Below, piece by piece: positions 40,246 through 50,117 of a stretch of 64,000 nucleotides of DNA (its first letter is position 1; the number at the start of each line of letters is the position of its first letter). Source of the stretch: Pseudomonadota bacterium. Lineage in GTDB: Bacteria > Bdellovibrionota > Bdellovibrionia > Bdellovibrionales > Bdellovibrionaceae. Both the position numbers and the translations under genes were made by a program. Under the pieces are notes generated by a model. The model worked only from the letters and a program-made list of their open reading frames with translations, searched no databases and was not told the origin of the DNA. The DNA is taken from the NCBI GenBank assembly GCA_041178425.1, contig JBEGVH010000016.1, forward strand, positions 160,802-224,801, in the 5' to 3' direction.

Positions 40246-41116
40246 TTTGCTTAAATTCTTTATCCACTTTTTCTATTGAGATTATTTCTTCGCCTTCACA
40301 ATGATCACCCAACTGACAACTATGAGAGGCTTTACAAGCCTCTGATTCTTTTTCGTCAAAGTCTTCCTCTCCCCCGAGCAGAATTCCTGCTAATCTCCCT
40401 TTTTTATCAAAAATTGGAGATCCCGAGTTGCCCTCATACGAATCAATAGAAGCAAAAAAATGATCGCGTTTTTTCGAAATCAGCGCCCCTTCGGCCCACT
40501 TCATTGGAAGCCCCAAGGGATACCCTAAAATTTCAAACCCCATTGGATTCTTTTGAAGTTGGTGATCAAGTATAACTTCAAAACGATCATCTGACCTCCA
40601 TGTGGAGCCAGACTCTTCCATTCGCAGAAACGCAATATCGTGCTTTTTTGAAACTCTAATCTCCTTGCATGACTGCACTTCTTGCTGAGAAAAAAAGAGA
40701 GTGAACCTTTTCTCTGAGCTAAAATTATCTACGATTTTAAATTCGGCGCAGGAAAGATCTTCGACACAATGTTTTGCTGTGACAATCCAATTTGCGGACA
40801 TTCTAAAACCCGTACAAAAACTAAGGGTTGGCTGATCAAAAAAACGCTCCTGTTGACAGAGACCATACTCTTCACCCAGTGATTTTTGTCGGCCCCAAAA
40901 TCCCTCAACCCCAGCAACAAGATCTTGATTTTCAACGAGTGCGACGGTGAAAGGTATCCAACGTCGGATTTCTTCGTGACGGACCTCAGAGATCTCTGTG
41001 CGAGAATCAACGCCATAAATGGTTTGAGCCCTCTGGCGAGCAAAGGCCCGACCTTCACCGCCCAACGCACAAAGAAAAACAAGCGCCTGGAAAAATCGAA
41101 AAAAGGCTACATGCAT
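40223..41116 (-). CDS. secreted trypsin-like serine protease
   Basis: Signal peptide, IYGVDSR, catalytic triad TAKHC / HDIAF / GNSGSP. Confidence 0.88.
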   Translation of the reverse strand: MHVAFFRFFQALVFLCALGGEGRAFARQRAQTIYGVDSRTEISEVRHEEIRRWIPFTVALVENQDLVAGVEGFWGRQKSLGEEYGLCQQERFFDQPTLSFCTGFRMSANWIVTAKHCVEDLSCAEFKIVDNFSSEKRFTLFFSQQEVQSCKEIRVSKKHDIAFLRMEESGSTWRSDDRFEVILDHQLQKNPMGFEILGYPLGLPMKWAEGALISKKRDHFFASIDSYEGNSGSPIFDKKGRLAGILLGGEEDFDEKESEACKASHSCQLGDHCEGEEIISIEKVDKEFKQINLLSGR

Positions 41117-41169
41117 TTAAAAACTATAGAAACGTCATTCTGAAAGTTCAATCTTATTTCAAACAATAA

Positions 41170-42054
41170 TTATTTTTTATGTTTGTCTTGTACCTGATAG
41201 GCATAATTGAGATAAGGATAAACTCTCGGCGCTTTTTTCGCACCCTCAACATCGGACAAAATTAACCCCAGTGTGCGATATTCGATAGCTTGGTATTTAA
41301 ACTTTATTAGTTGATCCTTGGCGGCACTCTTTTTCTCCTGAATTTGACGAAGAATACGATACAGTTGATAAATCGTTTTTTCGTATTGATCTATAGTTGC
41401 TATTTCTGATCCAATCGCCCATAAGGCAATAAATTGCTCTATGTTTTTCAATTTTAGATCCCAACTTGCAAGATCAGAGCTGCTCTCAAAAAAATTATTT
41501 TCGATTGGAAGGCACCTATGAAAAGCTATCCCCACGGCACACCCCTTGTTCGTACCCGATGGCTTTAGTGGAAGACAGTTTTTAATCCAGGCCTTATTGG
41601 GAGACGAAAACATTTCCTCAAAGGTTTGCAGTCGATATGGAAATTTTGGCGACGGACTTGTTTTTGAAAAAACCTTATCTTTTTTATCAAAAACAAAGCT
41701 GTGATAGTGCCCGTGGCCACTCCAAGTCAATGACCCAAGATCTCCACTCTGAAGGGTATCGTGTTCAGAAAGAGCTCGGCAATACTTAGACTGCATCCAA
41801 AACCAATACTCTCCCTTCGAGACAAAACGAATGGATCGTGCTAAACCCGCACTCATAAGAGCGGCATTCCAACAATTTGGCCCCTCCGTTTTGAGTTTAA
41901 GATTATCCAATTCCTGAATTTGCGAGCGCTGAGCGAGGCCAGACACCAACGCCAATGTCTTTGCAGGAGGAGCAAAAAGTGAAATAACTAAGATTGTTGC
42001 CAGTGAACGCCAAAGTGCCATAAGTAGAAGGGTTTCAAGAGCTGTGCCCTTCAC
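41170..42054 (-). CDS. hypothetical exported protein with papain-like Cys/His motifs
   Basis: GPNCWNAAL, LQSGDL, HYHSFVF, VFSK; hydrophobic N-terminus; start uncertain. Confidence 0.6.
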   Translation of the reverse strand: MKGTALETLLLMALWRSLATILVISLFAPPAKTLALVSGLAQRSQIQELDNLKLKTEGPNCWNAALMSAGLARSIRFVSKGEYWFWMQSKYCRALSEHDTLQSGDLGSLTWSGHGHYHSFVFDKKDKVFSKTSPSPKFPYRLQTFEEMFSSPNKAWIKNCLPLKPSGTNKGCAVGIAFHRCLPIENNFFESSSDLASWDLKLKNIEQFIALWAIGSEIATIDQYEKTIYQLYRILRQIQEKKSAAKDQLIKFKYQAIEYRTLGLILSDVEGAKKAPRVYPYLNYAYQVQDKHKK

Positions 42055-42286
42055 GTCGAGTCATGCGAAAAAAAATAGCCCTTAAATTTCAGATATTTAA
42101 TAATAAAATACCCACCACTTATTGTTTACCAAATGGTCAGAAGGCCCAAGCGCGTCTTCGGAAGCCCCCGAGAAATCATACGCATGTTGTCGATTCGACA
42201 CTGCAATTTTAAATATTTGTAGCTTTCAATTAGACGATTCCGTGCTATAAAAGTTCGTATTAGTGCTTTGCAAAGAAGGAATAAAG

Positions 42287-43159
42287 ATGGTCCAAAATCA
42301 AAATCCACACACTCATTTTCAACCAATAAAGCCAGTGGTGCTACAAACTTCTCGTGGCCCAATAGAATGGGGAAGCCTTAAACACTGGGTTCTTTTCGCA
42401 GGTCCTGACATTATTGAAGACGAAGGATTAGTTCTCGAAGTCGCTCAAGAGCTAAAAAAAATAACCCAACAAATGGGTATTCCATGGATTCTTAAATGCT
42501 CCTATGACAAAGCGAATCGCCAGAGCCTCGGCAGTTTTCGTGGACCTGGCCTGAAAGCTGCCCTCGAGCAGCTCGGAAGAATTAAATCTAAAGTTGGCTG
42601 TGCCCTTCTTACCGATGTACACGAAACAACCCAGGTTGAGGCCGTCGCAGAGGTTGCGGATGTTATTCAAATACCAGCCTTCCTCTGTCGACAAACCGAT
42701 CTAGTCGTAGATGTCGCAAAAACTGGAAAAGTCATGCACATCAAAAAGGGCCAATTCATGGCTCCTTGGGATATGGGTGCGATTATTAAAAAGGCTGAGA
42801 GCCAAGGTAACGATAAGATCCTTCTTTGCGAAAGAGGCACCACATTTGGTTATAATCGCTTGATAAACGATATGACTGGGCTTGTGGAAATGCGAGCTTA
42901 CGGAAAACCAGTGGTTATGGATATTACCCATTCTACGCAAATGCCCGGAGCCAACAACGGAACCAGCGGAGGACGCAGAGACCTCGCTCCCGCTCTCGCA
43001 AGAGCTGCGATGGCCGTTGGGGTTGATGGTATATTTGTTGAAACTCACCCGAATCCAGAGGCAGCATTGTGTGACGGCCCAACTTCGATATATCTCAATC
43101 AAATGCCTCACCTTCTGAGCCAAATTGAACGCATCTGGCAGACACACTTTATTAAGTAA
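42287..43159 (+). CDS. kdsA: 3-deoxy-8-phosphooctulonate (KDO8P) synthase
   Basis: SYDKANRQS, LTDVHE, QIPAFLCRQTDL, KKGQF, CERG, DITHS, ETHP..CDG. ATG 42287 after AAGGA. Confidence 0.95.
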   Translation: MVQNQNPHTHFQPIKPVVLQTSRGPIEWGSLKHWVLFAGPDIIEDEGLVLEVAQELKKITQQMGIPWILKCSYDKANRQSLGSFRGPGLKAALEQLGRIKSKVGCALLTDVHETTQVEAVAEVADVIQIPAFLCRQTDLVVDVAKTGKVMHIKKGQFMAPWDMGAIIKKAESQGNDKILLCERGTTFGYNRLINDMTGLVEMRAYGKPVVMDITHSTQMPGANNGTSGGRRDLAPALARAAMAVGVDGIFVETHPNPEAALCDGPTSIYLNQMPHLLSQIERIWQTHFIK

Positions 43160-43170
43160 CGAGGAAAACT

Positions 43171-44295
43171 ATGAGCACTATTCCATTTATTGATCTTAAA
43201 GCACAATATAGAGCCATCAAAGGCTCCGTGAACGAGCGAATTCAAAAAGTTTTAGAGCATGGAGCATTCGTCAACGGACCTGAAATTTCTGAACTCGAAA
43301 GAGCTCTCGAAAAGTATACAGGCGCAAAACACGCTTTAGCGTGTGCCAATGGCACTGACGCCCTTTTGGTTCCATTAATGGCCTTGGGGATCGGCCCGGG
43401 TGATGAAGTGATCACAACTGCTTTTTCGTTCATTGCCACAGCGGAGGTGATCGTTCTTGCAGGAGCAACTCCTGTTTACGTCGACATTGACCCTAAAACA
43501 TACAACATCGATGTTAATCAAATTGAAAAGGCCATTACGCCAAAAACGAAGGCGATAATGCCTGTATCGTTGTACGGTCAGATCGCTGACATGAATGAAA
43601 TCAATGCGATCGCTAAAAAGCACGGGCTCCACGTCATCGAAGATGCGGCCCAATCGTTCGGCGCAACCTACAATGGAACTAAAAGTTGTGCGACCTCAAA
43701 TTTTGCTGGCACCAGTTTTTTTCCTGCTAAACCATTAGGTTGTTACGGAGACGGTGGCGCGATCTTTACCAATGACTCCGATATGTTCACTGCCATGAAG
43801 GAAATACGGGAACATGGCTCTGAAAAACGCTACTACCACACTCGAATTGGCCTCAATGCTCGTCTAGATACCCTTCAGTGCGCTATTTTGCTCGCTAAAC
43901 TCGAAAGATATGAATGGGAAGTCGAACAGCGCGATCGCCTTGCCAATGCTTTCAACCACGCTTTTAAAGAACTAGCCAATTTAGGAATTTTTGTGCCTGA
44001 GGTTAAATCCGATCGCAAAAGTGTCTGGGCACAATACACTGTACGCACTAGCAACCGCGATGTTTTTCAAAAGAAACTCACGGAGCTGGGAGTTCCAACG
44101 AGCATTCATTATCCTATGATAATGGCCGATCAGCCGGCATACAAAAAACTAACTGGGGATACTTCTCATCTTGTTCAGGCAAGAAAAGCGGCACAAGAGG
44201 TTTTAAGTCTCCCTCTTTATCCAGATATGCCAGAAGATATCTTTCAACAAATCGTTGAAAAGGTTCGCGCGGCAGCCATTTCGTCGAAAGGTTAG
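43171..44295 (+). CDS. DegT/DnrJ/EryC1/StrS PLP-dependent sugar aminotransferase (WbpE/GnnB-like)
   Basis: IPFIDLKAQY, ANGTDAL, IEDAAQSFGA, SFFPAKPLGCYGDGG, NARLDTLQ. Confidence 0.92.
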   Translation: MSTIPFIDLKAQYRAIKGSVNERIQKVLEHGAFVNGPEISELERALEKYTGAKHALACANGTDALLVPLMALGIGPGDEVITTAFSFIATAEVIVLAGATPVYVDIDPKTYNIDVNQIEKAITPKTKAIMPVSLYGQIADMNEINAIAKKHGLHVIEDAAQSFGATYNGTKSCATSNFAGTSFFPAKPLGCYGDGGAIFTNDSDMFTAMKEIREHGSEKRYYHTRIGLNARLDTLQCAILLAKLERYEWEVEQRDRLANAFNHAFKELANLGIFVPEVKSDRKSVWAQYTVRTSNRDVFQKKLTELGVPTSIHYPMIMADQPAYKKLTGDTSHLVQARKAAQEVLSLPLYPDMPEDIFQQIVEKVRAAAISSKG

Positions 44296-44307
44296 TGGCA
44301 GTCATTC

Positions 44308-44523
44308 ATGGAATATAGTGTTTTTTTAATATTCATGATTGGCTCCCTGATCGTTTATGGTCTGCTGTTTTGGATGTGGATCGCCAAGTGGGTTTCTTTA
44401 AAGCTAATTCTTACTGTGGTCACCGTGAAATTCATTGTGACCGTCGGTTGGGCTTATGGAATCAAGGCTAAAAATATTTTAGATAAACATAAGCGCAAGC
44501 CACCCCCAAATGATCCAGAGTAA
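44308..44523 (+). CDS. small two-TM membrane protein
   Basis: 71 aa, two hydrophobic segments and a basic tail; sits in-operon. Confidence 0.6.
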   Translation: MEYSVFLIFMIGSLIVYGLLFWMWIAKWVSLKLILTVVTVKFIVTVGWAYGIKAKNILDKHKRKPPPNDPE

Positions 44524-45802
44524 CTATAATTTCTTTAGAAATTTCATTTTTGCAGGGCTTGCAATCATCGGGTTGTTAATCTTTATCAACTTAGAGAATC
44601 CACTCACAGGCACTCATAAAATCCGCCAGGCTGACACCTTGTTTACGGGTTACTCCTATTGCATCGGTGACTCTACTTTTTTGTTTCCAAAAATAGCTCA
44701 CCGTGAATCTACTTCGGGCGTCGCAATTGGCGAGTTCCCTCTCTTTAGCGCCCTAATAAGTATTCCCTGTCAATTAACAGGTCATTGGTCTGAGGTCCCT
44801 CCAAAAATTATTACTTATTTTTTGTGGTTATTGAATTTATTGATTTGGACTCAATGGTTTAAGCGGAGAACATCAACTCAAAACCATGCAAATCCTTATG
44901 CCTTTCAGTTGTTTTTTATTTTTAGCCCACTTCTCTTAACCTATCTTCTTATTCCCTTGCCAGATGCTTTGGCTGTTTTGATTCTGGGACTCGCAGCTCT
45001 GTGCTGGCAAAGGCTGGATTCAAAAAGACTGCAGTGGACTGGAACGTTCCTCTTTTCCCTTTCATTTTTAATGAGGCCTTATTTGTTTCCGACCTTGCTT
45101 ATTTTGGCCCCTACTAAAAATGTGACCTTAAGAACATTCGGAGTTTGCGGGATCGCCTATCTTTTATGGTTCAAATACTGGATACGCCATACTGAAATTT
45201 GGTATTACCTTACTGACATTAAGCCATTGAGCAGCCTTTTAGCTTCAGGCTGGAAGGCGCCATCTGCTCTTTTGCAGCAGGTATCACTTAATCATATGAA
45301 TTATATAGGACTCATTCCTTTTTACTTTGCAGTAAAGAGAAACAAAAAGCTTTTCTTTGCCTGGCTTAGCTCAATTCTTTTTATTGTAGTACTGAAAAGC
45401 GACCATTTTGTTAACCATGCTTATTATTTTATGGCCACGGGTCTAATTACAGTTGTCGCTATGGCCGATGGTTTTTTGGAATTAAACCTTAAAAAACAAA
45501 AAATATTTACTGGTCTTTTTGTCGTTATGGGAGTTTTGGCTATTCAACACAATTGGCGGCCTCCAATAAATTTGAGACACAAAAATCTGCCCAAGATAAT
45601 CAAAGAGAACAACGTCGCTTTTGAGGAAAAGATTGCCGTCTACGATACTTTCGATCCACAAACTTTATATCTTGCCAAACGAGTTGGATGGTATTTCGAA
45701 AAAGCCGATTGGAACGGTCCCCAATCCTGTCCGACAACTGCTCGATGGGCCCTCCTTTTTGACTCCAAGGATAATCCACACTTGATAGCTTGTCAGAAAT
45801 AA
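44510..45802 (+). CDS. multi-pass membrane glycosyltransferase, GT-C (ArnT/PMT-like) candidate
   Basis: N-terminal TM then loop 'HKIRQADT', 'EFPLF', 'PLPD', 'HAYY', about 10 TM segments and a soluble C-terminal domain. Confidence 0.65.
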   Translation: MIQSNYNFFRNFIFAGLAIIGLLIFINLENPLTGTHKIRQADTLFTGYSYCIGDSTFLFPKIAHRESTSGVAIGEFPLFSALISIPCQLTGHWSEVPPKIITYFLWLLNLLIWTQWFKRRTSTQNHANPYAFQLFFIFSPLLLTYLLIPLPDALAVLILGLAALCWQRLDSKRLQWTGTFLFSLSFLMRPYLFPTLLILAPTKNVTLRTFGVCGIAYLLWFKYWIRHTEIWYYLTDIKPLSSLLASGWKAPSALLQQVSLNHMNYIGLIPFYFAVKRNKKLFFAWLSSILFIVVLKSDHFVNHAYYFMATGLITVVAMADGFLELNLKKQKIFTGLFVVMGVLAIQHNWRPPINLRHKNLPKIIKENNVAFEEKIAVYDTFDPQTLYLAKRVGWYFEKADWNGPQSCPTTARWALLFDSKDNPHLIACQK

Positions 45803-45845
45803 GCGAGCCCTCTATCATTTTAGTGTAGGACATGATGGAGGCGCT

Positions 45846-46373
45846 ATGAGCTTTTTGTTACAGCAAATTTTTGGTTTTTTTAAGCTGCTGAACTCTGATA
45901 CGGGTCACAATCAAATAGCCTCCGGGATCGCTCTTGGGCTCATTCTCGGACTGTCTCCCGCCTTATCACTGCAGTCAGTGGTGGTTTTTATACTAATCTT
46001 TTTATTCAGGGTACAATTAGGCGCCGCCTTGATGTCAGCCTTCTTTTTTAAATTTGCTGGCTATTTTCTTGATCCTATAGCTGATCCTCTCGGTCGCTGG
46101 ATACTCGAAATGCCGAGCCTTCGCCCATTATACATTCAGCTCTATAATATGCCATTAGTACCCCTAACTCGCTTCAATAATTCAGTGGTTATGGGTTCTG
46201 GCATTTTAGCTATTCTACTGAGCCCAATTATATTTTTCGCTTCAAAAAAAACCATCATCAAATACCGAGCACTTATCGTTAAACGTTTCAACGACTCTAA
46301 ACTATGGAAGGCTTTTTCTGCCACTGGTTTCTACAAGTGGTATAACACTTATCAATCCTTATACGGGAAGTAA
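45846..46373 (+). CDS. TIGR03546-like membrane protein
   Basis: 'FKLLNSDTGHNQIASG', 'LYNMPLVPLTRFNNSVVMGS'; adjacent to a TIGR03545-like gene. Confidence 0.8.
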   Translation: MSFLLQQIFGFFKLLNSDTGHNQIASGIALGLILGLSPALSLQSVVVFILIFLFRVQLGAALMSAFFFKFAGYFLDPIADPLGRWILEMPSLRPLYIQLYNMPLVPLTRFNNSVVMGSGILAILLSPIIFFASKKTIIKYRALIVKRFNDSKLWKAFSATGFYKWYNTYQSLYGK

Positions 46374-46385
46374 GAGGAGATTATC

Positions 46386-48368
46386 ATGGATGAAACTAGC
46401 TTTAAAAAATCAAAACAAAAAAGTTTTATTCGCTGGGAAGCCTTGTTCCCGGCATCGATAATTCTTGGCCTCGTGATTGCCTATTTTACCCTTTTTTTTG
46501 ATTCCCACTTTAGAAAAGGGATTGAATTTGTGGGCTATAATACCTTGGGAGCCGAGGTGAATGTTAGTTCCCTGGAAACTAGCTTTCGAAGAGCATCTAT
46601 AATCATTCGAGGCCTTCAGCTTACCGACAGCGAGCAACCAACTCATAACCTTTTCATCATCGGCGAAATCAAGTTTGATATGAGTTGGGATGCACTTCTG
46701 CGAGGAAAAATACTCATCGAGGTGGCAGCCATCGAACAAATTCAATTTCATTCTCTTCGCAAAAAGCCTGGCAGACTTAAACCTCCTGAAAAAGCATCAG
46801 ATGAACCCTCCCTAATCGAGAAGGAAGGGCAAAAGCTTGCCAAAGAGGCTCTTGAAAAGGCTAAAACAAATTACGATGATAACATTCTCGGCGACATTGC
46901 CAATCTACTTTCTGGAGGGTCTTCGCAAGAGCAAATTAAGAATCTAGAAAATAACCTCAAATCAAAATCTTTAATTGTTGAGATCCAAAAAAACTTTACC
47001 GATAAGCAGACACAATGGAACGAAAAAGCTAAAAATCTGCCTCAACAGAAAGATCTCAATGCTTGGAATGAGCGCTTCAAAAAAATTAAAACAAACAATT
47101 TCAAAAGCCCCGACGAGCTTCAACAATCTCTCAAACAGTTTCAGGAACTCCTTAAAGAGGCTGACCAACAGGTTAAAGAGTTAGAAAAAACCGGGGAATC
47201 TTTCTCTGCCGACTTAAAGACAATCGATGGCCAGCTAAAAAATCTAGAAAAAACGGTTCAGGAAGACGTCAAAGACCTAGAGGCACACTTTAAAATTCCT
47301 AAACTTGATACAAAGGCTATTTCTAATTCTCTCTTTAAAAGATACGCCGGGCCTTATTTGGAAAAGTTAAATGAGTATCAGGCTCTGGCTCATGAATATT
47401 TGCCACCAGGTCTTTTAGCGAAAAAGAGTGACGGAGAAGAAAATCTTCAGATTCAACCTCGCCCGCGTGAACATGGAATTAGTTATGAGTTTGGCAAACC
47501 CAATTCATACCCCTTCTTTTGGCTAAAGAAAGCAAGAATCAGCTCAAAAGCAACCCCTGGAGAACCCACTTTAGGAAACTTAGCGGGCGAAGCACTCAAT
47601 ATTACATCCAACCAGGCTCTCACTGGTGTCCCCATGGTGATCAAAATCAATGGTGACTTTCCTGAACTAAAGATAAGCGGAATTGGCGCTGAAATATCCA
47701 TAAATCACACTAAGAGGCCGTATCGAGAATTACTTAGCGCAAAAGTTGATGCCTACCCGAGCGACAAAAAAATGCTTGTGTCTAGCAAAGATATTGAAGT
47801 GGGTTTTACAAAAGCTGTGGGCTCTGCACTCATCAAAGCCTCTTTTGAAGAGGATCTGATTGAATTTTCAATCTTTAATTCATTCAGTCAGCTGGACCAA
47901 ATCGTGATGGCCTCAAACAAGGAAATCAATGATATTTTAGGCAAAGTAATGTCGGGAATTCCCAATTGGACTATAGAAGCGAGTGGCAAAGGAACTCTTC
48001 GCGATTTACCAATCGAAATAAAGTCTAATCTCGGAACTGAAATTGCTCGCGGTTTTGAAAAAGTGCTGAATGAAAAGATCGCCGAGGCTAAAGCTAAGGT
48101 AAAAGGCATTATTGATGAAGCCATTGCGAAAGAAAAGTTAAAGCTCGAAAATGAAATTAACAAAGCCAAGAATCAATTCAATACAGAGTTTAACAATGTA
48201 AAAGAAGTACTCGCAAAGCAGAAAAATGAAATTCAATTCAAAATTGAGGATACAAAGAGAGAAGAAACCAAAAAAGCCCAGAAACAAATAGAGGCAGAAA
48301 TTCAAAAACGCCTTGGGCCTGATGCCAATAAGAAACTAGAGGACCTTAAGAAAAAGATAAAATTTTAA
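46386..48368 (+). CDS. TIGR03545-like protein (N-terminal anchor, AsmA-like beta regions, coiled coils)
   Basis: 'FIRWEAL', TM, 'GAEVNV', 'YPFFWLKKA', long coiled-coil segments. Confidence 0.78.
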   Translation: MDETSFKKSKQKSFIRWEALFPASIILGLVIAYFTLFFDSHFRKGIEFVGYNTLGAEVNVSSLETSFRRASIIIRGLQLTDSEQPTHNLFIIGEIKFDMSWDALLRGKILIEVAAIEQIQFHSLRKKPGRLKPPEKASDEPSLIEKEGQKLAKEALEKAKTNYDDNILGDIANLLSGGSSQEQIKNLENNLKSKSLIVEIQKNFTDKQTQWNEKAKNLPQQKDLNAWNERFKKIKTNNFKSPDELQQSLKQFQELLKEADQQVKELEKTGESFSADLKTIDGQLKNLEKTVQEDVKDLEAHFKIPKLDTKAISNSLFKRYAGPYLEKLNEYQALAHEYLPPGLLAKKSDGEENLQIQPRPREHGISYEFGKPNSYPFFWLKKARISSKATPGEPTLGNLAGEALNITSNQALTGVPMVIKINGDFPELKISGIGAEISINHTKRPYRELLSAKVDAYPSDKKMLVSSKDIEVGFTKAVGSALIKASFEEDLIEFSIFNSFSQLDQIVMASNKEINDILGKVMSGIPNWTIEASGKGTLRDLPIEIKSNLGTEIARGFEKVLNEKIAEAKAKVKGIIDEAIAKEKLKLENEINKAKNQFNTEFNNVKEVLAKQKNEIQFKIEDTKREETKKAQKQIEAEIQKRLGPDANKKLEDLKKKIKF

Positions 48369-48388
48369 ATTAAATATCGAATGAAAGT

Positions 48389-48424
48389 AAAAAAAAAAGC
48401 CCAGCGATTTGCTGGGCTTTTTTT
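48389..48424. terminator. bidirectional intrinsic terminator
   Basis: A-run GCCCAGC-GATTT-GCTGGGC T-run between convergent genes. Confidence 0.88.
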
Positions 48425-48440
48425 GTGAATCCTATTTTTA

Positions 48441-49967
48441 TTATTTATTACACCAAGGGGCATCAGGGATAACGCCGCAGAGTGCTTGACAGGTAGCAGG
48501 ATCCTGAACAGGACACTCACCCATTCCTGGGTCATCTCCTGGATCACCAGGATCACTCGGTGGGTTACCAGGCTTTGAACCTGCTTTACCGATGTGGAAA
48601 ACTTTAGAGAAAGTTTGCAAACCATTTACATCAGTTGCTGTTATCGTGGCATCACCTTCTTGACCTGCACTGGCAGTTCCATCGGCGGCAACTTTTAACA
48701 CAGCTTCGTTAGAGCTTTGAAACTGGACATTTCCGTTGTTGTTGAAAACCTGTATCTTAAAGGTTTCATTTGGGTTGTACGTTCCAGCGGCAGGAACCAT
48801 GTACATCTTTTTGTCTAAAACCATTTCCGTTGCAGCTAGAGCATCTACTCGGCAATCACACTGAGTAGAAATATTCACCTTTGCGCCAGTCGTCTGCAAA
48901 ATAGCTTTAACCTGGGCTCCTGTGAGTGATTGATCTTGAGCTTTGAGGAATGCCACGAGACCAGAAACAAGTGGAGTTGCCATTGATGTTCCTGACATAT
49001 TTTCGTATTTCCCACCAGGAACTGTGCTCATAATATTCAAACCAGGTGCAGCAACGTGGACCGATTTAGGTCCGTAGTTTGACCAAGATGGTTTTTCATC
49101 ATTGGGACCAGAAGCCGCAACCGAGATGAAATTTTCAAAGTTTGCGTTTGCAGGGTATACTTCTGTTTTATCGTTGTTTTTTCCATCGTTGGCGGCGGCC
49201 GCTACAAAAATAACTCCCGCTTTTTCAGCTCTCTGAATAGCTTCTAGAAGTGGAGTCGCTTGAGATCTTGAAATTGTAGCTCCCCAGCTAGCAGAGATAA
49301 CATCAACTTTTTTGGAAATGGCATAATCGATAGCTTTGATACCATTGTTAAGATCGCCACCACCATTTTCGCCAAGAAATCTAATTGGAAGAATAGAAAC
49401 TTCTGGGCTAATTCCAATCGTACCACCTTCAACAACTCCCGTTGCACCAATGATTCCCGCGCAATGGGTCCCGTGACCTGGGTTTTGAGAACCCGTCGTA
49501 TCCATAGGATCACTGTCGTTCTGGTGAAAATCGTAACCACTGATCATGTTTGAAACAAGAGATGGATGATTGTAATCAACCCCTGTATCGATCACGGCCA
49601 CTAGGATCTTTTTTGAACCTTTGTTCCCAGCTCTTGACCACGCTTTTTCGGCATTAACTTTAGCGATGTGCCATTGAGCTTTGAGAGCTTGTGGCTCCAA
49701 AGGCGCCGTGAAAGCGTGAACTCTAGCATTTGGTACAATGTACTCAACTCCCTCTTGTTGATACATTTGTCCAAGAACTTGAACCAATCGATCTTTTGGA
49801 ATATCGATTTTAAGTAATTCTGCCTCAGCATTTAAATCTTCAACTGCGAAGCCGTGCATCGATAGCACTTTAGAATATCCAACCGAATTAAACTTTACTA
49901 AGAACTCAACAGCCCAAGATGGCGCTGATGCTAGTAAAGCCCCTATCAATAATAGTTTTTTTATCAT
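48441..49967 (-). CDS. secreted subtilisin-like S8 serine protease with Ig-like C-terminal domain
   Basis: Signal peptide; VAVIDTG, HGTHCAG, AAAN, GTSMATP. Confidence 0.95.
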   Translation of the reverse strand: MIKKLLLIGALLASAPSWAVEFLVKFNSVGYSKVLSMHGFAVEDLNAEAELLKIDIPKDRLVQVLGQMYQQEGVEYIVPNARVHAFTAPLEPQALKAQWHIAKVNAEKAWSRAGNKGSKKILVAVIDTGVDYNHPSLVSNMISGYDFHQNDSDPMDTTGSQNPGHGTHCAGIIGATGVVEGGTIGISPEVSILPIRFLGENGGGDLNNGIKAIDYAISKKVDVISASWGATISRSQATPLLEAIQRAEKAGVIFVAAAANDGKNNDKTEVYPANANFENFISVAASGPNDEKPSWSNYGPKSVHVAAPGLNIMSTVPGGKYENMSGTSMATPLVSGLVAFLKAQDQSLTGAQVKAILQTTGAKVNISTQCDCRVDALAATEMVLDKKMYMVPAAGTYNPNETFKIQVFNNNGNVQFQSSNEAVLKVAADGTASAGQEGDATITATDVNGLQTFSKVFHIGKAGSKPGNPPSDPGDPGDDPGMGECPVQDPATCQALCGVIPDAPWCNK

Positions 49968-50117
49968 AAATCCCCTCCGTGACCTGGAAGCTTTATTGAT
50001 GACTCTTAATTTGACAAAGATTTTTTAATGATTTCAGCTTTTTGCTGATGCAAGTCATTGCAATTGGACCAAAAACAAATAAGTTTATTTTATACATAAA
50101 AATTAAGGAGCTTATAG

